Below, one piece after another: positions 28,927-42,263 of a stretch of DNA of 64,000 bases (positions are counted from its first letter, which is position 1; each line of letters opens with the position of its first letter). The position numbers and the translations under genes are program-made. The stretch spans positions 28,148,001 through 28,212,000 of the forward strand of contig NC_043018.1 of the NCBI RefSeq assembly GCF_006345805.1. The letters are read 5' to 3'. The DNA is from Octopus sinensis. Lineage: Eukaryota. Under the pieces are notes generated by a model. The model was not told the origin of the DNA. It was given only the letters and a program-made list of their open reading frames with translations, and ran no database searches.

Positions 28927-29178
28927 TGTGTGTGTGTGTGTGTGTGTTCGTGTGTGTGCTTGTGTTTGCATCCCACCACCACCACTTGACAGCTGATGCT
29001 GGTGTGTTTATGTTATCGTTGCATAGCGGATCAGCAAAAAAGACCAATAAAATAAGCACCAGGTATAAAAGAAAAATTAATTCCCTGGGTCGATACATTC
29101 GCCTGAAAATTCTTCGAGGCGGTGCGACAGCATGGCCGCAGTCTAATGACAGAAACAAGTAAAAGTTAAAAGAAAAAA
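28726..29178 (+). mobile_element. SINE family B
   Basis: ggcggcatgtgtggtaagaagc...gggttcaatcccac head; cagcatggccgcagtctaatgacagaaacaag tail. Confidence 0.88.
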
Positions 29179-29689
29179 GATATAAGCCCGTGTATGGGAA
29201 TGTAGATATATATAGGTGTAAATGAACGCATGATTGTGTATATAAAGTAATCTATTTTACCTTTAGAATTATAAAAACGAAACGAGCTTTGGCGCGAATG
29301 CGAGCAAAGCTTTGGAGTCAACTCAGAGTTGCTTTTCTTGGTATCTGATTTTGAAGAGAGCTAATGAGTGCGAAATGCATATAGCAATTTAATTGAAGCG
29401 CTCTGAGATGAATATGGTGCATTACCACCTTTTTGTCTTTGTTCATAATTCTTTCTGGATCATACATTGTCATGAAAAGCCTTTAGTAGTCTTTATTTTG
29501 TATAACTGAAATTATTCAAGTTTTATCCGAATCGAATATGATCGAGAATTCAAGTGGTCGAATGGGGTACCTCTGGAGTTATGTTACTCGATAGAGTATG
29601 CAGCCCAGAGCTCAGTGACATGTTGTATGAACATCTCGGAAAAAAATAAATCACTGGAGAGGCTTCGTGGTCAAAACCAACCGGCAGGA

Positions 29690-30060
29690 AAGCCAGGAGT
29701 AGACCACGAGCAACAAGATTGGATCAAGTCCTTGTGTACGGTTTGTTTCGCATGTGGACGCTTGATGCGGCTGGGTTCATCCCAGATTAGTGTTACCAGC
29801 TTAGTTGTTCCAGGTTAGTGGTTATGGTTCACAGAGACGACCAGGTCCACCAGTGTTATCCATCAGTGGCGGTCAAGTGCCAGCCCTTCTGCATCTACCA
29901 AGGTGACATCGATCCTCTGGGGATCTTCGTTAATCGCATCCAGCCATCTGGTGTGGGGACTGCCTCGTGGCCTCTTCCAGCCCACAGCTGCTGCGTCTAA
30001 TGTGAGTAAGAACTCGATGGAAGGTGTAACTGAGGAATCTACCCCAACAGTTCTTCCAGG
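29690..30060 (-). mobile_element. RTE-type LINE 3' end remnant
   Basis: Minus-strand translation resembles GWKRPRG.P.RWLDAINED...LALDR, the usual RTE ORF C-terminus. Confidence 0.55.
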
Positions 30061-30774
30061 AATTTCTGGGCGAAGAAGAGTAGGTGTGATATATTTTGGT
30101 AACTAAATTTCAAAATTATTACGTAGATATATCTGTCACTGGCAAAACCAGAACTAAATTCTTTAGACCGTTTACACAAAAAGAACATTAGAATACTTGA
30201 ATATAAATAAGTCTACAAGAAAATCAATACGTAGCCAGCAAGAATTATAACGACATCCTTAACAACGCCATTATTGCCGATGAAAATATTAAGGGTGTCT
30301 GCTGAATAATTACAACAATAATGTGGTGCATTAGAAAATATGACACGACTCAAGAGAATTATAATAGTGTAAACGAAGCAAACAGCTACTGATTTTAGTT
30401 TTTATGACCATCTTTGAAATAATAGCAAGAACTCTACCTCTGTTCAAGTTAGTGTCTCTAAAATGGGAGAAATTCTTCAGAATACATAAATTGCTGCAGT
30501 TATATTGACGTACAGATAAGATACTTATTCGCATTGCAATATGAACATGCAGAGTCATTGCATATATATATATGAACTTATTGTAGATTGTTGATATTAA
30601 TTTCAATGATTCGCCGTCATATATGTTGCAGATTTATTTTAGCACAATCACCGAAAATTGGAAGGTATGGTCAACAATCTGCAATGCATATTAAACCCCA
30701 TACCTGTATAAAATTCTACACTCAATGCTCATCCTATTTATGAATGCACGCACACACACACCATGCACACACAC

Positions 30775-30862
<88 letters not shown>

Positions 30863-31031
30863 GTATACATGCGTGTATGAGTGTGTTTGTGTATGCGTTA
30901 GAGTACAGAGGTATTTATAGGCATTCACGAACACACTATCCCTTCAGAAGAACCCCATTTAAGCTACTTATATACCTAGTTGTACCACTATCCTATATTT
31001 ATATTTATATGTATTTGTGTATATATATGAA

Positions 31032-31340
31032 AGCGCGTGGCTCAGTGGTTAGAGCATCGAGCTTACGATTGTGAGGTTGTGAGCTCGAATCCCGGACCGG
31101 GCTGCGTGTTGTGTTCTTGAGCAAGACACTTTATTTCACGTTGCTCCAGTTCACTCAACTGTAGAAATGAGTTGCGACGTTAGAGGTGCCAAGCTGTATC
31201 GGCCCTTGGATAACACTGGTGACGTGGATAGGGGAGGGCGTTATGCTTGGGCGACTGCTGGTCTTCCATAAAAATAACCTTGCCCAGACTTGTGTCTCAG
31301 AGGCTAACTCTCTAGGTGCAAGCTCATGGTCAGTGTCACA
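31032..31340 (+). mobile_element. tRNA-derived SINE (other family)
   Basis: gcgcgtggctcagtggttagagc...tcgaatccc head, then a ttgagcaagacactt...ctccagttcactcaactg core. Related copies at 39090-39316(-) and 61305-61600(+). Confidence 0.8.
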
Positions 31341-31373
31341 ACAATCAATATATATATATATATATATATACAT

Positions 31374-31513
<140 letters not shown>

Positions 31514-31627
31514 ATATATATATATATTATATATATATATTATATATATATATATAATATATATATATATTATATATATATATATATATAATATATATAT
31601 ATATATGTATTATATACTTATATACGG

Positions 31628-31928
31628 GGAAGCGCAATGGTCCAATGGTTAGGACAGCGAACTCGCGATTGTAGGAACGCGGTTTCGATTCCCAGACCAG
31701 GCGTTGTGAGTGTTTATTGAGCTAAAGCTCCACGCTTCTCCGGCAGGGGGTCGTCGCGATCCCTCCTGTACTCTTTTGCCACAACTTTCTCTCACTCTTT
31801 CTTCTGTTGGCCTGCTCGCTTAGCCAATGGGGTGGCGCCATTTGAAGGCTAAAACAATGCGAAGTGCATTGTGACCAGCGACGTGTAGTAACATCTGATA
31901 GCCTGGTCGGTCACGGTGATCACGGTGA
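31628..31928 (+). mobile_element. tRNA-derived SINE family C
   Basis: gcgcaatggtccaatggttagg...tttcgattccc head. Related copies at 33563-33875(+), 55672-55860(-) and 22850-23050, with different 3' tails. Confidence 0.8.
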
Positions 31929-32152
31929 TATGTATACTTATATATTGATCGATAGATAGACAGATCGATAGATACATACATACAGGCATATATGCATTCA
32001 TGACCACTACAAGCAACACAGATAGGATCTATGCAATATGAAATTATGGGGGCAGATGCATAAGGTCAGTCCTAACAACCATGGAATATCGCATTGCATC
32101 GCTCAGACATCATCTGCTGCGCAGTAAAGAAAAATGTGTACATTCCAGGTAT

Positions 32153-32552
32153 ACTCTTTTACTTGTTTCAGTCATTTGACTGCGGCCATGCTGGAGCAAC
32201 GCCTTTAGTCGAGCAAATCGACCCCAGGACTTATTCTTTGTAAGCCACGTACTTATTCTATTGGTCTCTTTTGCCGAACCGATGGGTTACGGGGACGTAA
32301 ACACACCACCATTGGTTGTCAAGCGATGTTGGGGGGGGGGGACAAACACAAACACATAAATACATGCACACATACATATATACATATATACGACGGGCTT
32401 CTTTCAGTTTCCGTCTACCAAATCCACTCACAAAGCTTTGGTTGGCCCGTGGCTATAGTAGAAAACACTTACTCAAGGTGCCACGCAGTGGGACTGAACC
32501 CGGAACCATGTGGTTGGTAAGCAAGCTACTTACAAAACAGCCACTCCTGCGC
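32153..32552 (-). mobile_element. SINE family B
   Basis: Full-length reverse copy. Confidence 0.88.
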
Positions 32553-32942
32553 CTGGTATACGCAAAAGTAACAGTAACAATGTCTTCAGAGTTGGAGAAG
32601 AACTACTGTGCAAGTATTCTGAGAACAGAATTGTCACATGCAACCCGAAGGAGGCTGGACTGGCCTACGAGGAAAAGAAGCTTGGAGGAAAAAAAGAAAT
32701 CATACCAGCAGAATGCAAAGCATGGGTATATACACTGTAAGCAAGATAGCAACAGCATTGACACGAAGTGTAGACCCTCCTGAGTCTGCCATAGTTACGT
32801 TACATCTCACAGACACAAACACCCACGCAGACACACACACACATATAAATAAAGGCTTTCTGAGCGAGAAATCACTCGGTTACTAGTCCAGCTTTGGCAT
32901 TGCCGTAACGTTCCTTTAAATGTATTGATATATGGGCAACTA

Positions 32943-32983
<41 letters not shown>

Positions 32984-34513
32984 ATGCATGATCATATATA
33001 TACTGTGTAGTTGTGTGTGTGTGCACATGCGTGTATGTATGCGTGTTCGTTCGTGTGTGTGTGCATCTGCATGTATGCGTGTGTATTTGTGTGCTCCTAA
33101 AATTACTGACAACAGATGGAAGAAGGTAGACATGTCAGAGATTATGCAAACGCTTCTGGAATAACGGTGACATCTACTTACTGCTGGAAACTCATTCATC
33201 AATTTAATAAGCATCAGTGTTACTAACCTCACCAGGAATCGAACCCACCACCACCACCACCAACAACGACAACGCCAGCACACAACTAACGTCACCAAAA
33301 CCATTAACCCCATTGCGACCACCGTTTATAACAGTATCAACATCAATGAGATCACTAAGACAAACGATGATGACAAGAATGACAACCACAACAACAGCGC
33401 GGCTAACAACATTAGCACCGACACCAATACCAGTAGCAGCACTATAACCACAACCATTACCGTCGCTACCACCACCACCACATCCAACACCACAACGACC
33501 ACTCACTACAACCACCATCACTAGGACGCCTCCGACTTTACCATCACCAAAACCACCACTGTGGAGGCGCAATGACCCAGTGGTTAGGGCAGCTGACTCG
33601 CGGTCGGAGATTCGCGGTTTCGATTCCCAGACCAGGCGTTGTGTGTGTTCATTGAGCGAAAACACCTAAAGCTTCACAAGGCTCCAGCAGGAGGTGGTGG
33701 CGACCCCTGTTCTACTCTTTCGCTCCAATTTCTCTCACTCTTTCTTCCTGTTTCTTGAGTAACGCTGCGATGGACTGGTGTCGTCCCGTCCAGCTGGGGG
33801 GAACACATACGCCACAGAAACCGGGAAACCGGGCCCATGAGCTTGGCTAGGCTTGAAAAGGGTGCATAAATAAATAACTAAATAAATAATAGAACCACTA
33901 CTACAACAACCAGTACAACCACCAACATCCAACAGCAACAACAACAACACTCGCCTACAACCGTGAAAACCACCATTAGAAGCCCTAAAATAACCACCAT
34001 CACCTCCGTCACCAAAACCATCAAAGCCACAACCAGAAACATCACTATCACCACAACCACCACAACCCCCACTGATAACAACACTCGACCATAAACACCA
34101 TAAGCAGCACTGCAACCACTAGCACTACTTCCGTCACCAACATCAGCACAACCACTAAGACCTATTTCTTTACTACCCACAAAGGGCTAAACACAGAGAG
34201 GACAAACAAGGACAGACAAACAGATTAAGTCGATTCCATCGACCCCAGTGCGTAACTGGTACTTAATTTATCGACCTCGAAAGGATGAAAGGCAAAGTCG
34301 ACCTCGGTGGAATTTGAACTCAGAATGTAGCGGCAGACGAAATACCGCTAAGCATTTCGCCCGGCGTGCTAATGATTCTGCCAGCTCGCAGCCTAAGACC
34401 ACCACAGCGGAGGAGTTCACCATAATAGTCTAGTTCCGCTTCAGATTATAGCTCCTCGATTGTGACTACTTCATTGCTTGATGGTTTAGCAAAATCGCAG
34501 CTGTCAGTATATA

Positions 34514-35307
34514 ACACAAGGGTAGTGTCAAAAATTATCCGCACTTTCGCTATAAGATATCTTTATTATTGTTACACTCCCTTCTGCGCATGCGTGTTTA
34601 TAGCTGGTACTATTGTGATCACGTGATCAAAGTTTGAGTTTGATCGCGCGATTTTTCTTTCTGGTTTTACTGTGTAAACATGGCTGCTCCACTAGCGATG
34701 TGCACCAAAGTAGAACAAAGTGCAATGGTGAACCGGTTCCCTATTACTATGTCTCGAGATTGCTCAATTCTCTCGTATATATTTCTTTATTGCACAAGGG
34801 GCTAAACATAGAAGGAACAAACAAAGACAGACAAAGGGATTAAGTCGATTACATCGACTCCAGTGAGTAATTGGTACTTTATTTATCGACCCCGAAAGGA
34901 TGAAAGGCAAAGTCTGTGGTTGAGGATGACGGGTGTCTTGCTTCCTCTTCGTGCATCACGCTTGTCCGGCCACATTTAAACTTCTCGATCCACTCGTACG
35001 TACGTCTACGTGGTAGTGCAATGTCCCTGTATCGTGCTAAAAGCTTCCGGCGAATGTCAGCACCTGACACATCTTCCGACCAGAGAAATCGGATCACTGC
35101 TCTTTGTTCTTATTTGCTGCACATCGCTAGTGGAGCAGCCATGCTTACACTGTAAAGCCAGAAAGAAAAATGGTGCTATAAGGCTGAAACTTCGATCACA
35201 TGACCACAATAATACCAACTATAAGCACGCATGAGCAGAAGGCAGTTTGACAATCATAAAGATATTTTTATGGCGAAAGTGCGGATAATTCCTGACTTCC
35301 TTTCGTA
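34514..35307. mobile_element. Mariner derivative built from two inverted 5' ends
   Basis: Both arms start with the TIR (aattatccgcacttt) and the transposase start MAAPLAMC. The right arm encodes IRFLWSEDVSGADIRRKL...YEWIEKFKCGRTSV (HTH). A SINE tail lies between the arms. Confidence 0.8.
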
Positions 35308-35769
35308 TTTACCATATGAATCAGTGGTTGATAAGAGATTTCAGCTCCCATTTCTAGCAATGTATGTGCAACCCTACACTGTCAGCCACAATTAGTGACA
35401 ATTGAATTTTTTCCTTTTGGTTTTATATTGCATATGATCGCCTGCATTATTTTATAATTTTAATATTACCGTTTTGCGGTATCATCTGTTGATTCACATG
35501 CTAAATAGTATATATTGACAATCGGGATTTAGCCTTACCAACAATTAATGGAGCAGCCACCACTGATAAGCTTTAATTCTTAGCGAAACTAGACTAGTAC
35601 GGTAATCTCACTCGCTGTGGAGCGGTTATCTCCCCTTTCAGTACACTGACATGTGCTTACTGCGGCTATAAAGGCTTAGCTCTTATTTCTAGCAATGTAG
35701 GTGCTACCCTACATCGATAGTCACAATTTGTGACAATAGTATATATTAACATATACGGATATACCAGCT

Positions 35770-36010
35770 GAGGTCACCACACAATTCCAGACTAAGAACG
35801 GCGCTGGAAGCGGCCCAACGTCAATACACTATAAAAAAGAAAGTGTAACATTGCAACAGATGAACTACAGGGAGAGGATTAAAAGAACTACGACTTCATC
35901 TCTGGAGCGAAGATGGAACGGATATGTAATAATCTGCAATATGGAAAATTCTGGAAGGGCTACCACCTAATTTCGGCATTATACTCGAACTGGGCACCGT
36001 CCACTCTATC
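35770..36010 (+). mobile_element. Old CR1-group LINE C-terminal remnant
   Basis: Degenerate translation QQMNYRER...SLERR...WKILEGLPPNFGI matches the C-terminus of the LINE at 7256. Confidence 0.65.
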
Positions 36011-36397
36011 TATCTAAATTCAGGACCGGCTACTGCAATAACTTAGGGTTCAAGGTTCCACCGCCCGTCAAAGCTCTGCAACAAAAGTTAAGAAACCTAC
36101 GCAATGTCAACGTAGATATCTTCAAAAAGTATTAGGCCGGAAAAAAATGTAGATGAGCTGCGGCCTAATGGGACTACTGGACTGCAGATTACGCACACGC
36201 GCACACACTCACATACATACATTCATATACACACACAGGTGCACGCACGCGTATACACATATATTTGTATATGTTTGTACTTTGCGTCCATTGTTTTGTT
36301 TTTATATGTTAATTTATGTATCTCTCTGTATAGCTAGACCCTTTGCATTTTTTATTAGACGCACGTGCGCGCGCACACACATGCATAGTTGTATATG

Positions 36398-36428
<31 letters not shown>

Positions 36429-36496
36429 AATACGCATAAATATATATAGCATATATACAAATACCATGATTAATATATGTATATATATATGTATAC

Positions 36497-36557
<61 letters not shown>

Positions 36558-37186
36558 CATACATACATACATGCATATAATATCTTTATCATATATATAT
36601 GCACATACACATACACATAGTTACATACATTACATACATACATGCGTGTGTGAGTGAGTGTTCAGAATTCTCACACACACACACATAAATATATACATAT
36701 ACACACACGTGCACACGTACACACACACACACACATGTATATATATATATATATATACATATATATATACACATACATTTACACACACTGAAAGGGTTAG
36801 ATTTATAGACAGTGAAACAGTAGGAAGAGGAAAAAGGGAGAAAGATAGAGAGAGGGGGAAAGAAAGAAGGAAAGAGAGAGAATGTGAAAGAATAAGGCTT
36901 ATGAGAGCAATCGGAAGCGATGTAGATTTTGAGTTTGTTTTACTGGATTCCATGGGAATATGGCGAAACGTAACTTAAGTAGATGAGTGGAGTAAATATT
37001 GGAATAAACAATAGAACATATTGGAATATAAATAGTGCCATAGAGTTGTCGGCCGGAGAATGTGTATTTTACACTCAATATTAGTTACTAGTAATGGACA
37101 AGCACACATGCACATAAAAAACGTATGCAGTTACACGCTGTGTTTCCTATATATTTCCGTCTGTTTATATGTGTGTCCGTTGAGGT

Positions 37187-37785
37187 GGCGAGCTGGCAGA
37201 AACGTTAGCGCGCCGGGCGAAATGCTTAGCGGTATTTCGTCTGCCGTTACGTTCTGATTTCAAATTCCGCCGAGGTCGACTTTGCCTTTCATCCTTTCGG
37301 GGGTTGATAAATTAAGTACCAGTTACGCACTGGGGTCGATATAATCGACTTAATCTGTTTGTCTGTCTTTGTTTGTCCCCTCTATGTTTAGCGCCTTGTG
37401 GGTAGTAGAGAAATAGGTATTTCGTCTGCTGTTACCTTGTGAGTTCAAATTCCGCAGAGTTCGACTTTGCCTTTTATCCTTTCGGGGGTTGATAAATTAA
37501 GTACCAGTTACGCACTGGGGTCGATATAATCGTCTTAATCCGTTTGTTTGTCCTTGTTTGTCTCCGTTGTGTTTAGCCCCTTGTGGGTAGTAAAGAAATA
37601 GGTATTTCGTCTGCTGTTACCTTGTGAGTTCAAATTCCGCAGAGTTCGACTTTGCCTTTCATCCTTTCAGGGTCAATAAATAAAGTACAAGTTACGCACT
37701 GAGGTCGATATAATCGACTTAATCCCTTTGTCTGCCATTGTTTGTCCCTTCTGTGTTTAGCCCCTTGTGGGTAGTAAAGAAATAT
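37187..37785 (+). mobile_element. tRNA-derived SINE family A with three tandem 185-bp bodies
   Basis: Head ggcgagctggcagaaacgttagc; ggtatttcgtctg recurs at 37231, 37416 and 37601; B-box-like gagttcaaattcc. Confidence 0.9.
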
Positions 37786-37801
37786 ATATGTGTGTCATTA
37801 A

Positions 37802-38033
37802 TGGCGGCGAGCTGGCAGAAACGTTAGCGTGCCGGGCGAAATGCTTAGCAGTATTTCGTCTGTCGTTACGTTCTGCGTTCAAATTCCGCCGAGGTTGACT
37901 TTGCCTTTCATCCTTTCGGGGTCGATAAATAAAGTACCAGTTACGCACTGGGGTCGATATAATCGACTTAATCTGTTTGTCTGTCCTTGTTTGTCCGTTC
38001 TGTGTTTAGCCCCTTGTGGGTAGTAAAGAAATA
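37802..38033 (+). mobile_element. SINE family A monomer
   Basis: Complete head plus one body. Other copies at ~12565-12755(+), 13635-13838(-), 16702-16895(-), 34165-34390(-), 39935-40050(-), 56455-56676(-), 58230-58640(-) and 60650-60858(-). Confidence 0.88.
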
Positions 38034-38676
38034 TATATGTGTCTCCTTGCATATACACATCTATGCGTACGCAGTGAAACACAGGCATGTATATATATAC
38101 ACACATAGCGTGTAAACTTATTTATTTTTTATATTTGATTTCGCTTCTTTGAATGTGAGCACGCTGTGAAGAACGTGAAACTGGGTCGGATTTGAACGCA
38201 AAACGAGAAAGGATTTGACGAAATAGCACACGGTTTTGTTTTGTTTTTGTTTTTGTTTTTTTTCTCCGGGCTCTACTGATCTTAACACTCTGCTATTACT
38301 TCACACATGTGAGAGAGATGGATGGGTTTGATGGTAGTCTTTCGCATTCAAAGAGAGACACTTCAGAAATATCTTACGAAAAACAAGCAGCGCAAATGAT
38401 TTATTAATAGCGATCAATTGTCTGTGTTTTACATTAGTGAGATGCCTTCATCAAATCGGCATTGCCTGAATCGTTGCACTGTGTAGCACATGTCAGGTGT
38501 CGAAGTGATCGTAAAGCAACGGGCAATGAAGCATTTCCCCCAACAACACAACCCACTTGCAGGCGCAGGGATTGAAAATACAATCTCGGAATCGTGAGCG
38601 ACGTACCCTCCTTACTAGGTCACGCGCCCGCTTTATATGCAATATGTCAACGAATAAATGGACCAACTCATAGATA

Positions 38677-38760
38677 TGCCGATAGTGGTTAAGAGCGCGG
38701 ACTACTAACCCCAAGATTCCGAGTTCGATTCCAGCTAGAGTCCTGACTAATAATAATAAT
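38677..38760 (+). mobile_element. Short tRNA-head SINE with an (AAT)n tail
   Basis: agtggttaagagcgcggactactaaccccaagattccgagttcgattcc followed by (aat)n; second copy at ~6305-6375(-). Confidence 0.65.
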
Positions 38761-38815
38761 AATTTCGTATATTTTACCCCAGTGTCACTTTGATGGCATG
38801 TACTGCTCTCTAATA

Positions 38816-38869
<54 letters not shown>

Positions 38870-38956
38870 TAATAATAACAACAACAACAACAGCAATGAT
38901 AATGATAATATCGAAAAATACCTTAGGAATGAGAAACCAGGTTTGAAATTTCCCCA

Positions 38957-39005
38957 TGACACCTGATGAAGGCTTGGAGGGTATATCAGCCGAAACGTTG
39001 TGTTA
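38957..39005 (+). ncRNA. Minimal (Penelope-type) type I hammerhead ribozyme
   Basis: TGACAC-CTGATGA-A-GGCT(loop)AGCC-GAA-ACGT-T-GTGTTA: 6-bp stem I, intact core, 4-bp stem II, palindromic ACGU in place of helix III, GUU cleavage site. It lies in a short repeat after an (AAT)n tract. Confidence 0.8.
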
Positions 39006-39360
39006 ACAACAAACAAGATGAGGACAAATATCCGTCAAATGTAAATAATGTAAATAAAGTAGAGTAGTGAAGTTCCTTCTGGACTTATATGGACTTATAT
39101 GGGCCGGTTTCCAGGTTTCCGTTTCGTATATATTGCTCATCTGGACGGGACGCTAGTCCCTCGTATGATTATCATTTTTGCCAGCTGAGTGGACTGGAGG
39201 AATGTGAAATGAAGTGTTTTGCTCAAGAACACAACACTACGCCAGCTCGAGGAATCGAAACCTTGATCCTATGATCATGAGTCCGACACCATAACAACTA
39301 AGCCACGCACCTCCTTCATATTCATGCATACATACATACATACATACATACATACATACA

Positions 39361-39391
<31 letters not shown>

Positions 39392-39402
39392 TTACATACA
39401 TG

Positions 39403-39453
<51 letters not shown>

Positions 39454-40050
39454 TTTAGCCAAGATTAATCCATGTCCATGTTTTCATCCCAAACATAATG
39501 AGGAATGTACGGAACTCATCATCTGCAACTGTTTGATGATTTTCGTTTTGGCTTCTGAAATAATTCTCTCTGATTCGGGGAGGATCTGCAGGGAACCCGC
39601 TAGTCTCTTCATTTTTTACTTTCTGCTACACTTGCTCTTAGGATTTGGCAAACTTGCTCTTAATGATATTTCGTCATATGCTGCCTTCGGAGTTAGAGTA
39701 ATTTCTTGTATTATCACATGATAAATGGATTCTTTATTGATGAACTTGTTGGAAAGAAGTCTTTTTGTATGATCTATCGAGGGAATAGTAAGCATGTAGA
39801 AATTAGTGATGTTTCTAACAGAGAATTCAGTTATGGTCTGTTAAAGAAGAGTTTCGTACTTACAATAATTTTCCAGGGCTGAACGGCTGTCTTTTCAGTG
39901 TAACCAGTTTCAGCACATCTAGTGAGCTAGTCGATTAGATCAACACCCAGTACTTCACTGGTACCTATTTTTGTAATAACTATTTGACCAAGGATGAAAG
40001 GCAAATTGAACACGACAGAATTTGAACTCAGAAAGACAGAGGAAATACCG

Positions 40051-40116
<66 letters not shown>

Positions 40117-40648
40117 ATCGGCCTTTCGTTATGTCTGTGTGTAGGTATTTGAATACATTTATGTGTGTCTTTGTGAATGCTCGCTTGTGTATGTAGATAT
40201 ATTGATACATATGGAAATGTAGAACACATACACACATACACGTTCATATATATACATACACTCACACACACACACACAGACACACACACACACATATATA
40301 TATATATACACATACATACCTACATACATCTATCGCATACAGCGAGATATTATTATTTATACAAACATACGAATAAATAGATAAACAGTTATACGCCTTA
40401 CATATCATATTTATCTAAATATTAAAGTCATACTACTTTATACATCTAATAATTATATTATGTAAATATTTGTACATCACAGTCATGTCTATATGATATC
40501 CCCGCCGTATCAGAGAAAACATAACACAATTTCAAAAATATCGATACATGAATACATTCAATATCACTTCAAATCACAGATGAATCATTGAGAGAATAAG
40601 AAACGGTGCATGTATACCTACACACACACACACAAACACACACACACC

Positions 40649-40708
<60 letters not shown>

Positions 40709-40873
40709 TATACACAGATACTACATATATGCATACGCACAATCATACATGTATACGTACATATATATACGTATTTACAGATATGTATGTGTCTATACAA
40801 GTGTGTCTGTATATACATATATGTATGTATGTATATATATATATATATATAATATATATATATATATATAATA

Positions 40874-40936
<63 letters not shown>

Positions 40937-41286
40937 GTAATACTAAGCAATAAAGGGTTTAGCAACGAATTGCCTTACCACATACGGAATTTAGAAATAG
41001 CAGTCAAAGAGTTATAGCTATTTCTTCTACTAAAAAGGGAGATCTCAGTAAAAATATATATATATATATATGCTTATTGATAAAAGGATAGGATATATAT
41101 GTTGTATGTATTATTCCAGTAATATATACATCAGTAAGATATATGTGTATCCATTTGTATATTCATTTATCTCTCTTCTATCTGCCTATCACACAAGTTA
41201 TATCCAGCTTACACACACATACAGCCACACACACACACACGCATGTATGTATGCATATATACACATACATACGCACACATATATTC

Positions 41287-42076
41287 TAGAATGTACTGTA
41301 AAGTTCCTGGCTTTAAAAGTATCGCGAAAGGTTTGAGCTTTTACCTTTACAGAGGCAGTAGGTCAGCTATTCAGGAGAAGATATTCAAAATCTGATGTCA
41401 TACAATACATCTTTCTTCCTTTTGCAGATTTAAAGATCAATGGCGATTTCTACAGTGGATTTTGGCAAAAATTGAAGCACAGGCGATCATGAAATTCCTC
41501 TTTTTGCTAGGCAAAGGAGCGGCGGAAGCCCATGCTGAAATAAAAGAAGTCTTGAAAAGTGGATACCCATCTCTCTCCACAATGAAAATCTAGATGTCAA
41601 CAATTCGGACTGGTCTTTTCGAGGTCACAGATGAACCTCGATGAGGACGGCCAACTTCCCCGACCACAGAAGTTGAAGCATTGCTGAATTTCGACGAAAG
41701 TCACAGTTGAAACACTGGGTATTTTCCGCGAATGATTTGACCACATCAGCCATAAACATTCTGGATATGAAAATACTTTCCGCAAAATGGGTGCCGAGCT
41801 ACCTGAACGCAGATCAGAAGCGCGTCAGAATGACAACATCAAAGGCGATTTTGGACTGGTTTGCAGCGGGAGAAGTTGATTTGAAAGCTCGTTTAGTCAC
41901 CATGGATGAAACTTGGCTTCATCATTCTGATTCCAGGATCAAGCAGAAATCAATGGAGTTTCGGACACATGCCATAAGTGTGTGAATCTGCGAGGGGAAC
42001 ATGGTGAATAAAATTATAATTAACTGCTCCTCCTGTATTTTCTGTAATAGTCAGGAAATATTCAGCAACCCTCATA
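41287..42076 (+). mobile_element. Internally deleted mariner transposon
   Basis: TIR-like ends (aagttcctgg / caggaatattcagcaaccctcata); degenerate transposase with KWVP and TMDETW motifs. Confidence 0.85.
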
Positions 42077-42263
42077 TATGTATGTATATAATGTATATAT
42101 ATATATATGCATACATAATACATACATACATATATATACATATATATATATATACATATACATATGTATATACATAAATTATATATATACATATATATAT
42201 ATATAATTATATATATATATATAATATATATCTATATATATATATTATATATATATATATTAT

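Noticed and set aside
31032-31105. tRNA genes (also at 31628, 33563, 38677, 61305)
   Set aside because: A/B boxes are present but there is no complete cloverleaf; each runs into a SINE body or tail.
32545-32790. Restriction-like endonuclease remnant of an R2/NeSL-type element
   Set aside because: Only vague similarity; the catalytic PD..D/ExK motif is not identifiable.
33204-34180. Thr/Val-rich mucin-like ORFs
   Set aside because: Degenerate (CAC/ACA)n low-complexity DNA interrupted by a SINE; no splice or homology support.
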